Below are positions 61,344 to 64,000 of a DNA stretch of 64,000 bases, in pieces. Every line of letters starts with the position of its first letter. Position 1 is the stretch's first letter. The notes beneath the pieces were generated by a model. It was not told where the DNA came from. It made no database searches and saw only the letters and a list, made by a program, of their open reading frames with translations. The translations under genes and the position numbers were made by a program. The DNA is from Macrostomum lignano (lineage: Eukaryota): assembly GCA_002269645.1 (NCBI GenBank), contig NIVC01000860.1, positions 62,001 through 126,000 of the forward strand, given 5' to 3'.

Positions 61344-62558
61344 ATGAAGCGGAAAAGTTCATATCATATCTCTGAACTAGAAAAGCTGGCGCAAGCAGAG
61401 AAACGAGTTACCGGACTAATCAACAAAGAACAACAATCTTACAATGAATTCGTCCAAGCAGCCACCGAATTTCACAAACCTGGATACACAGAAGCGAAGA
61501 AAAACATCGACACTGTGAAGGAAACAATTGATGATATTCAAGAGAGCCAGTTGCAAAACACATTGGGTAAAATCCCATCTTCACCGGGACAACCACAGGC
61601 TCAGCAACCAGGACAACCAGTGCAGATGAAAGTGACGGATAACTTTTTTGGCCCCGTAACGGATGATGGAAAATATATATTTGGAATTAGCGCCTGGCGA
61701 AAAAATATCACCGGGGAACCGGCGGATTACAACATTGAAGTGACGAAGGAAACTATTTCAATCAATAAAGGCGCAGAAACTAAACGAATCCCCTTCACTC
61801 AAAGTTTACTCGACTACATGACTAAAAATCAGGAAAAAATATCCGAGAAGCAATTAAAGAATTATAGAGATCTGGTTACCTTCGCTTTAGAGAGGGACAT
61901 AGACATTCTCAAGAACAACGGTGTTTTGAAAGTTTTACATGAAAACAGGATTGACTTGAACAGGTTTAGAAAATACAAATACTTTAAACAATGGTTTGGT
62001 TTGCCGGATCAAGAAGAGGTCATAAGACAACAACCACAACAACCACAGCCACAACAGCAGCAACCACAACAGCAGCAACCAAAACAACAACTACAACAAC
62101 CACAACAGCAGCAACCACAAACACAACCACAACCACAACAACCTCCACCGCCACAGCAACAAATCACACCCGAACAAGTACTAGAAGCACTTGAAAAAGC
62201 AGGGCCAAATGAGATTTCCCAGTACAAAGATACAAACCCTGATACTTGGCGACAATTAGAGCGGCTCTCCCCAGAACGAATGAAGCGAATCAATGACAGA
62301 GTATTCACACCTCAACAAAGACAAGCGCCACATGACAGTTCCTCCTCTGACCAATCATTCGAATCACCTCCAAGCTCTTCCGGAAAAGGCATGCCTGAAT
62401 TCTACAAGCGGTTAGCTGTTCTTCTAGGAGCGGCAAAGACCGGAATGAAAGACGAGAATAGAAAAGAATTTGTCAACATCCTGGACAAAATGCTTGAGAG
62501 AAAATATATCGATAAAAGAGCAAGAGAACTTTTGCTTTCACGGTTTAACAAAAAATAA
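61344..62558 (+). CDS. Conserved Polinton-type hypothetical protein with Q/P-rich insert (404 aa)
   Basis: N-terminal coiled coil, FTQSLLDYM...LKNYRDLV segment, CAA/CAG repeat at about 62030-62165, C-terminal GKG...KRLAVLLGAAKTG...EFVNILDKML. Confidence 0.75.
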   Translation: MKRKSSYHISELEKLAQAEKRVTGLINKEQQSYNEFVQAATEFHKPGYTEAKKNIDTVKETIDDIQESQLQNTLGKIPSSPGQPQAQQPGQPVQMKVTDNFFGPVTDDGKYIFGISAWRKNITGEPADYNIEVTKETISINKGAETKRIPFTQSLLDYMTKNQEKISEKQLKNYRDLVTFALERDIDILKNNGVLKVLHENRIDLNRFRKYKYFKQWFGLPDQEEVIRQQPQQPQPQQQQPQQQQPKQQLQQPQQQQPQTQPQPQQPPPPQQQITPEQVLEALEKAGPNEISQYKDTNPDTWRQLERLSPERMKRINDRVFTPQQRQAPHDSSSSDQSFESPPSSSGKGMPEFYKRLAVLLGAAKTGMKDENRKEFVNILDKMLERKYIDKRARELLLSRFNKK

Positions 62559-62574
62559 ATTTCTATTTAAAAAG

Positions 62575-62953
62575 ATGCCGATTATTTTTTGAGAAAGACG
62601 TGGAAAAATACTATGACAAAGAGGAACTTAATCTTATTAAACGCGGATCTGGACTTTTCCCTGCAGGCCACTATCCAAGAAAAGAACGCTCAGGGAACGG
62701 TCTTGCCGATTTGATCGCTCAGGGGGCCAAGATTTTTAAGGTCATTGGAGAGAACAAAGAGAACATCAAGAACGTTGCCGAAGCGGCTGGCAGTGTAGCC
62801 ACAGCAGCCAAAAAGATAAAGGATACTGTAACACCTAAACAAGAGATTCAACCGCTGGCTCCGCTGGCCCCAAATCCAGACAATGTGGACCCTGCAGTCT
62901 ATGAGAAGATGAGAGCTAGCATTAAAAAGGGAAGCGGTTTCAAATTTGACTAA
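62575..62953 (+). CDS. Small core/lytic-like virion protein candidate with GxG motifs (1-nt frameshift at the N-terminus)
   Basis: ATG at 62575 gives MPIIFEKDVEKYY if one T is removed from the T6 run at 62585-62590; KRGSGL, RSGNGL, KKGSGF motifs; amphipathic LADLIAQGAKIFKVIGE. Confidence 0.65.
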
Positions 62954-62997
62954 AGGGTACTTTTCAAGGGTACAAGACATGTAAGAGTATAAGACTA

Positions 62998-63102
62998 GTC
63001 CTGAAATGACACATCTAAGTCCCAAAATGACACATCTAAGTCCCAAAATGACACATCTAAGTCCCAAAACGACACATTCAAGTCCCGAAATGACACATCT
63101 TC
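62998..63102. repeat. 21-bp direct repeat, 5 copies, in viral intergenic region
   Basis: (CCCAAAATGACACATCTAAGT)n immediately upstream of the ATPase. Confidence 0.9.
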
Positions 63103-63145
63103 TAAATGATTTATTATTTAATTTTTTTTTCAATCATAGAAAAAA

Positions 63146-63946
63146 ATGGACTTCTCAAACGACTTCAATCCTCACTGGACGCGTAATCAGATTAAGTTTT
63201 CTCATCACGAGTCAATCCCGAGTCACTTCAGATGCATTGTTGTTGGTTCGTCAGGTTCAGGTAAAACATTCAGAGTCTTTAACATGCTTCTTAGACCTGG
63301 ATTTATCGACTATGACACTCTGCACATCTACTCTCCCACACTGTATAAAGATGAGTATAGAATGCTGATTGCAGGGCTTCAAAACAAGCTGAACAAAGAG
63401 GACATTATTGCATGTTTTAATAACCAAATGAGCCTTCCCAGTAACCCTGAAATTGTAGCTGCCGAATATGCAAAGCACCTCAAAGACAATGAAAAATGGC
63501 AGAACATTAAAGTGTTCACCTATGGAGATCCACAGGCTGATCCAAAGACCAAACTTCTACCCCAACCAGATGAGCTAGAAAAGGGGAGAAAGCATTTGAT
63601 CGTCTTTGATGATTGTATGACAGGCCCACAGAAGCAGATAGAAAACTATTTTACAAGAGGGCGACATAACAATTGCAATGTAATTTACATTGCACAGAAT
63701 TGGTTCGAGCTCCCGAACAAAACAATTCGCGGGAACTGCAATCTGATTCTCCTGTTTCCAACCATTCCACAGGACAGGTTAAAAAGATTTTACAATGAGG
63801 TCATTGCGCCTGCCTATTTCATAAATCCAACAAAAAACTCAAGCAGAAAGATTTCACAAGAGGAATTCGTTAATCTTTGCTATGACAAGTGGAATCAGCC
63901 TTACCAGTTTGTGATTATCAGCAAAGAAAAAAGAACTGTAATTTAA
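63146..63946 (+). CDS. A32/FtsK-HerA family DNA packaging ATPase (266 aa)
   Basis: Walker A VVGSSGSGKT, Walker B HLIVFDDCM, A32 signature FTRGRHNNCNVIYIAQNWFELP...IRGNCN. Confidence 0.93.
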   Translation: MDFSNDFNPHWTRNQIKFSHHESIPSHFRCIVVGSSGSGKTFRVFNMLLRPGFIDYDTLHIYSPTLYKDEYRMLIAGLQNKLNKEDIIACFNNQMSLPSNPEIVAAEYAKHLKDNEKWQNIKVFTYGDPQADPKTKLLPQPDELEKGRKHLIVFDDCMTGPQKQIENYFTRGRHNNCNVIYIAQNWFELPNKTIRGNCNLILLFPTIPQDRLKRFYNEVIAPAYFINPTKNSSRKISQEEFVNLCYDKWNQPYQFVIISKEKRTVI

Positions 63947-63962
63947 AATTTGCTATTAAAAG

Positions 63963-64000
63963 ATGTCGATAAACTTTGCAGGTGAATCCATTTCTGGCAA
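63963..64000 (+). CDS. Start of next viral ORF (truncated by the window edge)
   Basis: TATTAAAAGATG start context like that at 62575; MSINFAGESISG is open to the end. Confidence 0.4.
   Translation, partial: MSINFAGESISG

Larger units (their letters stand above)
58091..64000. mobile_element. Endogenous Polinton/Maverick (adintovirus-like) element, left portion; continues beyond the window
   Basis: AGTAGTAGTAG terminus, subterminal repeats, densely packed intronless ORFs including jelly-roll capsid-like proteins and an A32-type ATPase. Confidence 0.88.

Noticed and set aside
62009-62308. Cys-rich metallothionein-like ORF on the minus strand
   Set aside because: It is the antisense translation of the CAA/CAG poly-Gln repeat in the 61344-62558 ORF.

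Overview
Eukaryotic, repeat-rich animal genomic DNA with GT-AG introns, many 7-42 bp minisatellites and GC-rich exons. The style suggests the free-living flatworm Macrostomum lignano, but this is an inference. Host genes: six tandem intronless GPI-anchored Ly6/three-finger genes (6.2-31.2 kb, minus), a 3-exon orphan gene with a truncated paralog, an 8-exon PKD2/TRPP channel, an annexin with a long N-terminal extension, and an otopetrin-family proton channel. Mobile DNA: the 5' LTR, PBS and gag start of one LTR element; a decayed Ty3/Gypsy; a DD30E IS630/Tc1-type transposase; a Penelope remnant; tRNA-derived SINEs; hAT-like MITEs with purine/pyrimidine tracts; 5'-truncated LINE fragments; and a near-intact APE-RT-zinc finger LINE embedded in an (ATG)n microsatellite. 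From 58,091 to the window end lies the left part of an endogenous Polinton/Maverick (adintovirus-like) element: AGTAGT terminus, subterminal repeats, penton, major capsid, core-like proteins and an A32-type packaging ATPase. Its only lesions are single-base homopolymer indels. All calls come from reading the sequence by eye; no database search was run.
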